The translations under genes were made by a program, and so were the position numbers. Below the pieces are notes generated by a model that saw only the letters and a list, made by a program, of their open reading frames with translations, was not told the origin of the DNA and made no database searches. A stretch of 64,000 bases of DNA from an uncultured Eubacteriales bacterium (GTDB taxonomy: Bacteria; Bacillota; Clostridia; Lachnospirales; Lachnospiraceae), in contig ONKC01000003.1 in NCBI GenBank assembly GCA_900318295.1, forward strand, positions 10,155 to 74,154, given 5' to 3'. Of the stretch, positions 1 through 8,816 are shown piece after piece (position 1 is the stretch's first letter; each line of letters starts with the position of its first letter).

Positions 1-1404
1 GCGGCACCTGTTATGTGTGCACTTATCATGAGTTTGCTCGCATTTGTTTTTACTTTGTTTAAGACAAACGGATATCTTTTTAATTTTAAAGAATATGATA
101 TGCTTATGAGTCTTCCGTTTGCGCCGAAAAGTATCGCCGCATGTAAGTTTTTATACATGTATATTAAAGGGATGGCGTGGCATCTGAGTATATCCGTGGC
201 GATGTTGATAGGATATGGTATTTTTGCCAAGCCCGCATTTTACGTTTATATCCTATGGTTGGTATTAACCCTGTTTGTTCCGATCATACCGACATTACTG
301 GCATCATTTTTAGGATTTATCATAGCGAGGATCTTTGCGGGATTTAAAAGGAGAAATATCCTTCAGACAGTCTTTACTTTTATCTTTGTGATAGCTGTTT
401 TTGCTTTTCGTTTTTTAATGGAGGATATGCTCAAGGACGGAAAGGTAAAAGAAACTCTCGAGCAAAGCTATGATATGACCGTGGGTATTGCTAAAGTCTA
501 TCTGCCTGCGGGCTGGTTTTCAGACGGTGTGACAGGGTCGAATATACTTTCGGTACTGTTTTTGGTAGTCATAAGTGTTGTTCTTTTTGTAGTGTTATTT
601 ATGCTGGTCGGCAGATCCTACAGAACGATAAACTCCAAGCTCAAATCACATGCGGCTGCGAGAAAGTATAAGATGACATCGCAGAAGAAAAAGGGCATAC
701 TCAATACGATCGCATTTAAGGAGTTTAAAAGACTTGTCGGATCGACTACTTATATGACAAACGGAGCGATGGGAGTGATACTATCGACCCTGCTCGGAAT
801 AGTAACTCTGATCATAGGCTTTGATAAGATAATCGGCCTTGTGACTAAGGGTGCACAGTTTGATCATGCAGTCGTACAGCCGGCTATCCCGTTCATAATA
901 TTTTTCTTTATCGGGATGGTTTCGACCACCTGCTGCTCTCCGTCTTTGGAAGGAAAGAATTACTGGATAATAAAGAGCTTACCTCTCGATATGAAAAAGG
1001 TATATCAGGGCAAGATGCTTTTTAATATGTATATGAATGTACCGGCGATGATCGTCACTACCTTATGCATGTGTATTTCCGCGAAGGTGCCGGTACTTGA
1101 AACTATACTGTATCTGATACTTGGATTTGTATTGTGTGCTTTTTCGACTACGTGGGGATGCGTATGCGGTATCAAGCATATGAAACTCGAATGGGAGAAT
1201 GAGATAGAAGTGATCAAGCAGGGGGCGGCGGTGACGATCTATCTTCTGCCAAACATGTTTGTGACCATGATCCTAACGGGAGCCTCTGTATTTTTAGGAA
1301 TAATAATGGGTCATATTTTACCTACTGTGATCATAACTATTGTATACGCGGGGCTCGCAGTGGTGAGCTATATCGGTGCGATGGCGCTGGCAAAAAAGAA
1401 GTGA
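1..1404 (+). CDS. ABC-2-type transporter permease (5'-partial; frame is open from base 1)
   Basis: Multi-TM hydrophobic ORF with the 'CSPSLEGKNYWIIKSLP' permease-like segment. There is no stop in frame before base 13, so the true start lies outside the window. Confidence 0.75.
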   Translation, partial: AAPVMCALIMSLLAFVFTLFKTNGYLFNFKEYDMLMSLPFAPKSIAACKFLYMYIKGMAWHLSISVAMLIGYGIFAKPAFYVYILWLVLTLFVPIIPTLLASFLGFIIARIFAGFKRRNILQTVFTFIFVIAVFAFRFLMEDMLKDGKVKETLEQSYDMTVGIAKVYLPAGWFSDGVTGSNILSVLFLVVISVVLFVVLFMLVGRSYRTINSKLKSHAAARKYKMTSQKKKGILNTIAFKEFKRLVGSTTYMTNGAMGVILSTLLGIVTLIIGFDKIIGLVTKGAQFDHAVVQPAIPFIIFFFIGMVSTTCCSPSLEGKNYWIIKSLPLDMKKVYQGKMLFNMYMNVPAMIVTTLCMCISAKVPVLETILYLILGFVLCAFSTTWGCVCGIKHMKLEWENEIEVIKQGAAVTIYLLPNMFVTMILTGASVFLGIIMGHILPTVIITIVYAGLAVVSYIGAMALAKKK

Positions 1405-1410
1405 GGGTGA

Positions 1411-2640
1411 TCAGTTTTCCAAAGCCTTTACACTCTTGATGCGAAGCAGGATCAAAGAGATGACTACGAGCAGTACACCTGAACCCTGGATCACGAGCGC
1501 GGCTCCTCGGCCCACTCCGATGTTTAGCAGTTTTCCGAGGAAGTCGGAGAGCACTCCCGACAGTCCGAAGGAGACTACATATCCGATGTTTGATAAAAAT
1601 CCGATCAGGCCCCAGGCACGTCCCTGCAGCTCGTCGGGGATATTGGTGCGTACCAGGTAATCAAGCGAGTTGTTTGCAAAGGGAAGCATTACAAAGAACA
1701 TGAACCCGAAAGGTGCGATGAGATAAATGTTTTCCCAGATGCCGAAACCGAATATAAACACACCTGCTGCCGCCAGCGATAAAGAGAGCACCAAAACAAA
1801 TCTTTTTTTGATGCCTCGGATACCGAGGAAAATACTTGATACCAGCATTCCACTGGCACATATAGTCTCGGTTATACCGAGAGTCTTTGCATCGGAAAAT
1901 GCGAGAACCAGAGGCTCAGCCAATATCTGGAAAACACCCATAAAAAGTGTGATGGCCGATGCGACCAGTATGAGAACGAGGATTCCTTTGCGGTCGCGGA
2001 TAGCCTTCCAGCCGGACTTTAGGCTGCCGAAAAATGATTCTTTGTTTTCCGAGGGCTTTGTCTTTAGTCCTCTTTTTACAACGAAGGTAGATGCTACGGT
2101 TAAAAAGAAAGTACATATATCGATGATCATCAAAAGCTTCACATCGCCTACGGCTAAAAGAAGTCCGGCGATCATCGGAGAGATAAGATAGCGTGCATTT
2201 CCGGCTATGCCGACAAGTCCGCTGGCGCGGGAGTACTCGTCCTTGGTCAAAAGATCCGTGATCGTAGCGCTGTATGCGGGTTCGAGTAACGCCTGAAAGG
2301 TTGCACTCACAAAGACACCCAGACCGATTTGCCACACTGCGCATTCGCCCTGCATCATACAGATAAGGATGTATACGATACCAAGAGCGGAAAAGCCGTC
2401 ACCGATCATCATAAGGATTCTTCTGTCATATCGATCAGCAAGGACACCCGCCGGGACGCTGAATAAAAATGTAGGCAAGAATCCAAGCAAAGTTATGATA
2501 GCCATGCTTGCGGCACTTCCGGTCTGATTAAAGACATATACACCGAGGCCGAAGCTGGTAAGTCCTCCGCCTATCGATGATATGAGCTCGCCGGCCCACA
2601 AAAGCATAAACTTGGGGAAATTGCTTTTTTGTTTATCCAT
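1411..2640 (-). CDS. MFS transporter (DHA3/macrolide-efflux-like)
   Basis: 409 aa, about 12 TM segments, MFS motif A 'AGVLADRYDRR', N-terminus 'LWAGELISSIGGGLT', C-terminal-half 'PDELQGRAWG'. RBS GGAGG upstream. Confidence 0.85.
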   Translation of the reverse strand: MDKQKSNFPKFMLLWAGELISSIGGGLTSFGLGVYVFNQTGSAASMAIITLLGFLPTFLFSVPAGVLADRYDRRILMMIGDGFSALGIVYILICMMQGECAVWQIGLGVFVSATFQALLEPAYSATITDLLTKDEYSRASGLVGIAGNARYLISPMIAGLLLAVGDVKLLMIIDICTFFLTVASTFVVKRGLKTKPSENKESFFGSLKSGWKAIRDRKGILVLILVASAITLFMGVFQILAEPLVLAFSDAKTLGITETICASGMLVSSIFLGIRGIKKRFVLVLSLSLAAAGVFIFGFGIWENIYLIAPFGFMFFVMLPFANNSLDYLVRTNIPDELQGRAWGLIGFLSNIGYVVSFGLSGVLSDFLGKLLNIGVGRGAALVIQGSGVLLVVISLILLRIKSVKALEN

Positions 2641-2723
2641 GATGATCCTCCGTTCCTACACTGATTTTTTCGATCAGATATTGATAAATATGTGTTGTTC
2701 TATGTTTTTTTGATCTGTCATGA

Positions 2724-2758
2724 ATGATTATAACATATAAATCTTAAGTAATCTTTAA
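2724..2758 (-). promoter_or_regulatory. MFS promoter: extended -10 with tandem AAGATT repeats in place of a -35
   Basis: Minus strand reads TTAAAGATTAC-TTAAGATTTATATGTTATAAT. AAGATT repeats with period 10 upstream of TGnTATAAT. Confidence 0.5.
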
Positions 2759-2803
2759 TTATTATTGAAAACGTTCATAATACGAAGGAGATGAAGTAAA
2801 AAA

Positions 2804-5662
2804 ATGCGCGAAGCACTCTTGACAATCCAATATATCAGCATAGCGGGTGTTTTTATCGAAAGCTGGATAGTGGTAAAAAACTGGAAAAAACCACTTCATT
2901 CTTATCTGCTTTTGAGTTGCTTGGCGACGTTGATAAACAATCTGGGATATCTTTTTGAGATGACATCCCAAACCAGAGATACTTATGTGGTTGCGCTCAA
3001 GATCTCGTATGCGGGACGTATCTGGTTTTCATTTTTTATGTTCTTATTCATATGCGAGCTGACAGGCAGACGTATTCCCACCTTTATTAAGAGTATACTT
3101 GTTTTAGCCCATATGGGTATATACTTCGTGATCTTTTCCATGGGAACAGGAAGTTCCAACTCCTATTACAGAAGGATGCAGTTTGCGACAGGTGGTATTT
3201 TTCCGAAGCTCACGCATGAAAACGGTTTTATGTACAACATATTCTTTTCTATGCAGATTCTGTATATAATCGTAGGAATAACATTTTTGTTTATCGCAAG
3301 ACATAAACAAAAAAACATACGGACTGCAAGAAAAAGGATCGGAGTTGTTATTATCTCCGTTATTATCGAGGCTGTATTTTATGTTGTGCAGGTTACCGGG
3401 ATCGTGAAGCTCACAGATGAATATGACATAATGATGCTCGGATACTTTATCGGGACCATACTGATGATATTTGCGATCATCAGATACGACCTGCTGGGTA
3501 TGAGCGAGATAGCGAAGGATTTCGTTATCGACAGGCTTGCAGAGGGGATTCTGGCCACAGATAGTGAAGGGGCGATCCGGTATTATAATGAACCGATGAA
3601 GATACTTTTCCCGGCGATAGATGATGACCCGGAAAGTGTGTTAAAGATAGTAAAAAGAGCAGTTGATTTTGATGAAAATATAGTAGTTGAAAACCGCATA
3701 TATATACCCGAAAAAAATGACCTCATGCATAATGGAGAGAGGATCGGAACTCTTTACTCTCTTGTAGATGAGACAGAGCACTTCAGATACATGAGTGAAC
3801 TTGAGGAACAAAGAGGCTTGGCAGACAGAGCAAACCAGGCGAAGTCATCCTTCCTTGCAAATATGTCTCACGAGATCCGTACACCGATCAATGCGGTGAT
3901 CGGAATGGATGAGATGATACTCAGAGAAAGTAAAGAAGAACAGACAAGGCGCTATGCTTCCGATATCATGTCTGCCGGAAAAACGCTTCTTTCTCTGATA
4001 AATGATATACTTGATCTGTCAAAGATAGAAGAAGGAAAGATGGAGATCATACCGGTACGTTATGAGCTTTCATCTCTGATAAATGATCTTATAAATATGG
4101 TCAATGAAAGGGCAAATAATAAGGGACTCAGACTCGAAGTAGATGTAGATAAGCACATCCCGAACAGCCTTTACGGAGATGAGGTGCGTATAAGACAGTG
4201 TGTGCTGAATCTCCTTACTAATGCTGTCAAGTATACGGAAAAAGGAACGGTTACTTTATCCGTATCATTTGATAAAACGGATGATGAAGATATCATGCTC
4301 AGCATAACTGTTACAGACACCGGTATCGGAATAAAGGAAGAGGATATCGATAAGCTTTTTTCTACTTTTACACGTATCGAGGAAAAGAGAAACAGATCCA
4401 TCGAGGGCACCGGACTTGGGATAAATATTACGCAGCAGCTTCTTGAGATGATGGAAAGCACACTTGACGTGAAAAGTGAGTACGGAAAAGGATCGAGTTT
4501 TTCATTTTCCGTCTCGCAAAAGGTCATCAGGTGGGATGAGATAGGTGATCTGTCACGTCGCTTTGATGATAGACAAACACATGATTATCATGAGCTGTTT
4601 CATGCGCCGGATGCAAGGATACTTGTAGTAGATGATACGGAGGTAAACCTCTCCGTGATCGAGAATCTTTTGAAAAAAACGAAGATAAAAATAGATACCG
4701 CGCTATCAGGAAAAGAAGCGCTCGAGCTTTCGGATAAAATAAAATACGATGCGATCTTTATCGATCATATGATGCCCGATATGGATGGAATCGAAACACT
4801 TTCATTCATAAAAAAATCCGGTAAAAATACTTTGACACCCACTGTCGCACTCACGGCAAATGCGGTATCGGGAGCCAGAGAGATGTATCTTGATGCCGGG
4901 TTTGACACTTACTTTTCAAAGCCTGTGGACGGAGAAAAACTTGAAAAGCTCTTGTATAATTTGCTCCCGGATGATAAAATAACAGAGTATGAACCGGATG
5001 ATATCGATATGACCGTATCCGGTGATGCTAAAGGGGAGTATTCCGGACACGCTGATCAGGAGTCTGATTTGTTTCCCAAAGAGCTATATGATATATCAGA
5101 GCTTGATGTGGATGAAGGAATTAAAAACGGCGGAGGAGAAGAAGGGTATCTTTCGATACTTACCGTGTTTTATAAAACCGCCGCATCAAAAGCCGACGAG
5201 ATCGAGACGCACTATGATGAAGAAGATATAAAGAACTATACTATCAAGGTTCACGCACTGAAAAGCTCAGCACGGATCATCGGAGCAAAGCATATATCTG
5301 AGCTTGCAAAGAGCTTAGAAGATGCAGGAAATGAGGGAGATAAAGCCTATATCGATGCACATACAAAGGAGCTTTTGGATCTGTACAGAGGACTTGAAAG
5401 TGAATTAAAACCGATACTTGATGCAGATGACTCATCACAGAGCGATAAGCCGGAGATAGGAAAGGCGGAGCTTAAAGAAGCTTATCAGACTATCATAGAG
5501 ATAGCGTCAAGTATGGATTTTGATCTGATGGATGAGTTACTGAAGGAGCTAGATAACTATAGTCTGCATGATGAAGATGAGACAAGACTACAAAGCATAA
5601 AAGAACTGCTTTTAAAGATGGATTGGGATGAAATCAAAGCCAAGGCCGAGGAGGGAGTGTGA
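2804..5662 (+). CDS. Hybrid sensor histidine kinase (7TM-type input, HisKA, HATPase, REC, Hpt)
   Basis: H-box 'SHEIRTP', N-box 'NLLTNAVKYT', G-boxes 'DTGIGI' and 'GTGLG', REC 'LVVDD...FIDHMMP', Hpt 'KVHALKSSAR'. Confidence 0.92.
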   Translation: MREALLTIQYISIAGVFIESWIVVKNWKKPLHSYLLLSCLATLINNLGYLFEMTSQTRDTYVVALKISYAGRIWFSFFMFLFICELTGRRIPTFIKSILVLAHMGIYFVIFSMGTGSSNSYYRRMQFATGGIFPKLTHENGFMYNIFFSMQILYIIVGITFLFIARHKQKNIRTARKRIGVVIISVIIEAVFYVVQVTGIVKLTDEYDIMMLGYFIGTILMIFAIIRYDLLGMSEIAKDFVIDRLAEGILATDSEGAIRYYNEPMKILFPAIDDDPESVLKIVKRAVDFDENIVVENRIYIPEKNDLMHNGERIGTLYSLVDETEHFRYMSELEEQRGLADRANQAKSSFLANMSHEIRTPINAVIGMDEMILRESKEEQTRRYASDIMSAGKTLLSLINDILDLSKIEEGKMEIIPVRYELSSLINDLINMVNERANNKGLRLEVDVDKHIPNSLYGDEVRIRQCVLNLLTNAVKYTEKGTVTLSVSFDKTDDEDIMLSITVTDTGIGIKEEDIDKLFSTFTRIEEKRNRSIEGTGLGINITQQLLEMMESTLDVKSEYGKGSSFSFSVSQKVIRWDEIGDLSRRFDDRQTHDYHELFHAPDARILVVDDTEVNLSVIENLLKKTKIKIDTALSGKEALELSDKIKYDAIFIDHMMPDMDGIETLSFIKKSGKNTLTPTVALTANAVSGAREMYLDAGFDTYFSKPVDGEKLEKLLYNLLPDDKITEYEPDDIDMTVSGDAKGEYSGHADQESDLFPKELYDISELDVDEGIKNGGGEEGYLSILTVFYKTAASKADEIETHYDEEDIKNYTIKVHALKSSARIIGAKHISELAKSLEDAGNEGDKAYIDAHTKELLDLYRGLESELKPILDADDSSQSDKPEIGKAELKEAYQTIIEIASSMDFDLMDELLKELDNYSLHDEDETRLQSIKELLLKMDWDEIKAKAEEGV

Positions 5663-5669
5663 GTATTAC

Positions 5670-6437
5670 ATGGAAAACAACGATGTAGGAAAGGTAGCGA
5701 TAGTAAGCGCGACCGAAAGCTTTTTGGCAAAGAGCTTGAAATCAAAGTTTGAAGGAAGCGGTATCAAGACTGCTTTTGTTCATGCAAGTATCAAAGAAAT
5801 AGAGGAATCTCTCGATGATACGGAGCTCATCATACTTTATATGAGTGAAGGTATGGAGGAGATCACTGATGCTTTGGTATACCTAAAGGATGTGATCAGT
5901 GACAGAGATATCGGACTCATTCTGATCGGTGAGATGGATCAGTACAATGTAGTCAAAAAGATCATACCGGAGCAGGATATACTCGAGTGTTATATGAGGC
6001 CTCTTGACATCGACCTGCTGCTTAAAAATGTAAATACATATCTGCAAAAAAACTCCGGAGAGAATCGCAAAAAAACTGTCATGATAGTTGATGATGATCT
6101 GACTTATATGTGGACTGTCAGAGAGTGGTTAAACAGCACATATCATGTAAAAATGGCAAATAACGGAGTGCAGGCTATAAGCCAGCTTGCAAAAAACAAA
6201 GTAGATCTCGTATTGCTTGATTATGAGATGCCCATAGCAAACGGACCTCAGGTCGCTTCGATGCTTAAAAATGACTCTGACACCGGCAACATCCCCGTGA
6301 TGTTTTTGACGAGTCACGGAGATAGAGAAAGTGTTCTTTCAGTGATCAATTTAGAGCCGGCTGACTACTTACTAAAGACGATAGATAAGGACGGATTGCT
6401 CGCAAAGTTAGAAGCATTTTTTGAGAAAAACAAATAA
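5670..6437 (+). CDS. Response regulator with a degenerate N-terminal receiver-like domain and an intact C-terminal REC; no output domain
   Basis: C-terminal 'IVDDD', 'LLDYEMP', 'FLTS', 'YLLK'. Start placed at ATG 5670, just after the kinase stop, with GAGGGAG upstream. Confidence 0.8.
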   Translation: MENNDVGKVAIVSATESFLAKSLKSKFEGSGIKTAFVHASIKEIEESLDDTELIILYMSEGMEEITDALVYLKDVISDRDIGLILIGEMDQYNVVKKIIPEQDILECYMRPLDIDLLLKNVNTYLQKNSGENRKKTVMIVDDDLTYMWTVREWLNSTYHVKMANNGVQAISQLAKNKVDLVLLDYEMPIANGPQVASMLKNDSDTGNIPVMFLTSHGDRESVLSVINLEPADYLLKTIDKDGLLAKLEAFFEKNK

Positions 6438-6441
6438 AATT

Positions 6442-6478
6442 AAAACAGCGCAGACCAAAAAGTTTGCGCTGTTTTTTT
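6442..6478. terminator. Bidirectional intrinsic terminator
   Basis: AAAACAGCGCA / TGCGCTGTTTT inverted repeat with A- and T-runs between convergent genes. Confidence 0.85.
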
Positions 6479-6484
6479 GTGTGA

Positions 6485-7099
6485 TCAAATACCGTATGAA
6501 CTTGAATCATGTCGGCGTGACATGAAGCGATGACTTTCATTTAAAAAGTTTTGAAGCATAGCTTTTCCGTAAGGAGTAAGGATGGATTCCGGGTGGAACT
6601 GAAGTCCGTAGACAGGCAGGGTTTTGTGGCAAAGCGCCATAACCTCCCCGTCGTCAGCGGTCGCTGTTATCTTCAGTTCATCAGGGATTGTTTTTTTATC
6701 TACTGATAGAGAGTGATATCTTCCCACCGGTGCGCTTTTTGGGATCGAGTCAAATACCGGACAATCAGTATCAAACTCTGTTTCAGACTGCTTGCCGTGC
6801 ATCAGAGTTTTTGCATAGGTTACAGTCGCTCCGAATGCTTCGCATATCGCCTGATGACCTAAGCATACACCGAGTATGGGAATCTCTGATGAGAGTTCCT
6901 TTACTACATCTTCACATATACCTGCATCGGAAGGCTTTCCCGGTCCCGGTGAAAGTATGATGCAGGTCGGATGCATAGAGCGAATCTCATCCGTAGTCAA
7001 AGCATCGTTTCTTACTACCTTTATATCCGGATCTATCGAGCCTATCATCTGGAAAAGATTATATGAAAAGCTGTCATAATTATCTATAAGTAATATCAT
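6485..7099 (-). CDS. trpG: Anthranilate synthase component II (glutamine amidotransferase)
   Basis: 'IDNYDSFSYN', 'SPGPG', catalytic 'GVCLGHQ' and 'QFHPES'. Directly downstream of trpE. Confidence 0.9.
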   Translation of the reverse strand: MILLIDNYDSFSYNLFQMIGSIDPDIKVVRNDALTTDEIRSMHPTCIILSPGPGKPSDAGICEDVVKELSSEIPILGVCLGHQAICEAFGATVTYAKTLMHGKQSETEFDTDCPVFDSIPKSAPVGRYHSLSVDKKTIPDELKITATADDGEVMALCHKTLPVYGLQFHPESILTPYGKAMLQNFLNESHRFMSRRHDSSSYGI

Positions 7100-7156
7100 G
7101 TCTACAGGTCCTTTCTGATTTATGATCTTATCGTGAAAAACAGTTTGTATTTGCGA

Positions 7157-8626
7157 TCATTCATCCATCTCGCTCGCCTTTTGCAGCGCTACTATTACTG
7201 CTTTTGCTTTATTTAAGCTTTCCACGTATTCGGTCTCCGGTACGCTGTCTGCGACTATACCGGCACCGCTTCTGACAAATACCTTGCCATTTTTCTTATA
7301 TGCTATGCGGATCGCGATACATGTGTCTATGTTGCCGGTAAAGTCGATGTAGCCGATCGCCCCGCCGTAGATTCCACGTTTATTGTTCTCGAGTTCTCCG
7401 ATGATCTGACATGCGCGAATCTTCGGTGCTCCGGAAAGAGTCCCGGCAGGCAGTATAGCCTCTATGGCTGAAAGCGCATCCTTGTCATCTGCTATCTCGC
7501 CGCGAACAGTCGAGCCGATATGCATGATGTGTGAGTAACGCTGCACCTCTCTGAGAGTCTCCACCTCTACGGTTCCAAACTTCGATACTCTTCCGAGGTC
7601 GTTGCGTCCGAGATCGACAAGCATGTTGTGCTCGGCGAGCTCTTTTTCATCCTTTAAAAGCTCATCTTCCAGAGCCTTGTCTTGTTCATCGGTCAGACCC
7701 CTTGGTCGTGATCCCGCAAGAGGGAATGTATGTAGTATACCATTTTCAAGCTTTACCAGTGTTTCCGGTGAAGCGCCTGCAACCTCGACGTCCGTTCCGG
7801 AAAAATAAAACATATAAGGCGACGGATTGATGGTGCGAAGCATCCTATATGTATTTAACAGGCTACCTTCAAAAGGAGCGGAGAGTCGGTTGGAAAGGAC
7901 GACCTGGAAGATGTCTCCCTCGCGGATGTATCTCTTTCCTTTTTCGACCATCTCACAGTATTCTTCTTCGGAAAACAGGGCGTCGATCTTGCCTGTGATT
8001 CGTCCGGAACAGTCCTGTTTTTTCTTGCCGTTTTTCAAAAGATGCTTCATTTGATTCAGCTCGACGATCGCTTTGTTATATGATGTCTCGATATCTTCAA
8101 GCTTTATATTTACTATGAGGACTATCTTTTGTTTTACATGATCAAAAGCGATGACTTTGTCAAAGAGCATCAGGTCGACATCCTTGAAAGCCTCCTCATC
8201 CTCTACGTCCACTCGTATGGTGGGCTCTGAATATCCGAGATAGTCAAACGCAAAATAGCCTACCAGACCTCCGGTAAAGGGAGGAAGCTCGGGTATGCGA
8301 GGTGAGCGGTATTTTTTTAAGATGTCACGAAGAAAAGAAGACGGATCATCTGTGTCGATATCTATCAGATCTCCCGCCTGAAGATGTCCGTCGATACAGG
8401 TGATATCAAGCTTGGGATCATATCCCATAAAGGTATAGCGACCCCAGTGCTCCTGTGCCATGGCGGATTCAAGCATAAAGCAATGAACCGAGATATTTTG
8501 AAGAATACGCATAGCCTCTATCGGTGTGATAAAGTCCGACAGAATCTCCATGCTTATAGGTACGATGTCGTATTCATTTTTTGAAGCATAGTCTTTGACC
8601 TGCTCCAGTGACGGAAAAACGTTCAT
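7157..8626 (-). CDS. trpE: Anthranilate synthase component I
   Basis: Trp-feedback motifs 'MLES' and 'NPSPYM'. 'PLAGSRPRG' is TrpE-type rather than PabB 'PIKGT'. Also 'EHNMLVDLGRND' and 'GTLSGAPK'. Confidence 0.9.
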   Translation of the reverse strand: MNVFPSLEQVKDYASKNEYDIVPISMEILSDFITPIEAMRILQNISVHCFMLESAMAQEHWGRYTFMGYDPKLDITCIDGHLQAGDLIDIDTDDPSSFLRDILKKYRSPRIPELPPFTGGLVGYFAFDYLGYSEPTIRVDVEDEEAFKDVDLMLFDKVIAFDHVKQKIVLIVNIKLEDIETSYNKAIVELNQMKHLLKNGKKKQDCSGRITGKIDALFSEEEYCEMVEKGKRYIREGDIFQVVLSNRLSAPFEGSLLNTYRMLRTINPSPYMFYFSGTDVEVAGASPETLVKLENGILHTFPLAGSRPRGLTDEQDKALEDELLKDEKELAEHNMLVDLGRNDLGRVSKFGTVEVETLREVQRYSHIMHIGSTVRGEIADDKDALSAIEAILPAGTLSGAPKIRACQIIGELENNKRGIYGGAIGYIDFTGNIDTCIAIRIAYKKNGKVFVRSGAGIVADSVPETEYVESLNKAKAVIVALQKASEMDE

Positions 8627-8662
8627 GATGACTGTGTAGCCTCCCGTGTAAATTTTTGTAAA

Positions 8663-8691
8663 AGTATATCATATAAATAGGAAAAAGGCAA
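8663..8691 (-). promoter_or_regulatory. SigA-type promoter for trpEG
   Basis: Minus strand TTGCCT-N17-TATACT, about 35 nt upstream of the trpE ATG. Confidence 0.6.
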
Positions 8692-8721
8692 GAGTCTACG
8701 CCATCTTTTTAAAAAAATCAC

Positions 8722-8750
8722 TTGACACTCACCTATACATGTGATATGAT
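8722..8750 (+). promoter_or_regulatory. SigA promoter of purF
   Basis: TTGACA-N17-(TG)TATGAT. Confidence 0.85.
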
Positions 8751-8760
8751 ACATAGCGTT

Positions 8761-8806
8761 GAGGCAAAGGCGTCTCGGAGAAATCCGGGGCGCCTTTTAC
8801 TATTTT
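8761..8806 (+). ncRNA. Leader: ANTAR-type hairpin overlapping an intrinsic terminator (copy 1)
   Basis: GAGGC-AAAGGC-GTCTC hairpin is mutually exclusive with the 14-bp stem AAAGGCGTCTCGGA-gaaa-TCCGGGGCGCCTTT plus T-tract. Confidence 0.8.
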
Positions 8807-8816
8807 GGAGGTATCT

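Noticed and set aside
8647-8663. TGTAA-N7-TAAAA, one mismatch from a GlnR/TnrA box
   Set aside because: AT-rich context, imperfect, not repeated at the other nitrogen promoters, and no glnR in the window.
8627-8700. T-box or attenuator for trpEG
   Set aside because: No T-box motif or leader peptide, and the promoter is too close to the start codon.
8686-8760. Possible upstream (P1) ANTAR hairpins, e.g. AGGC-AAGA-GTCT at 8686 and stems around TATGAT
   Set aside because: Loop size and A1/G4 do not fit, the stems are not shared by the three leaders, and they lie upstream of or within the promoter.
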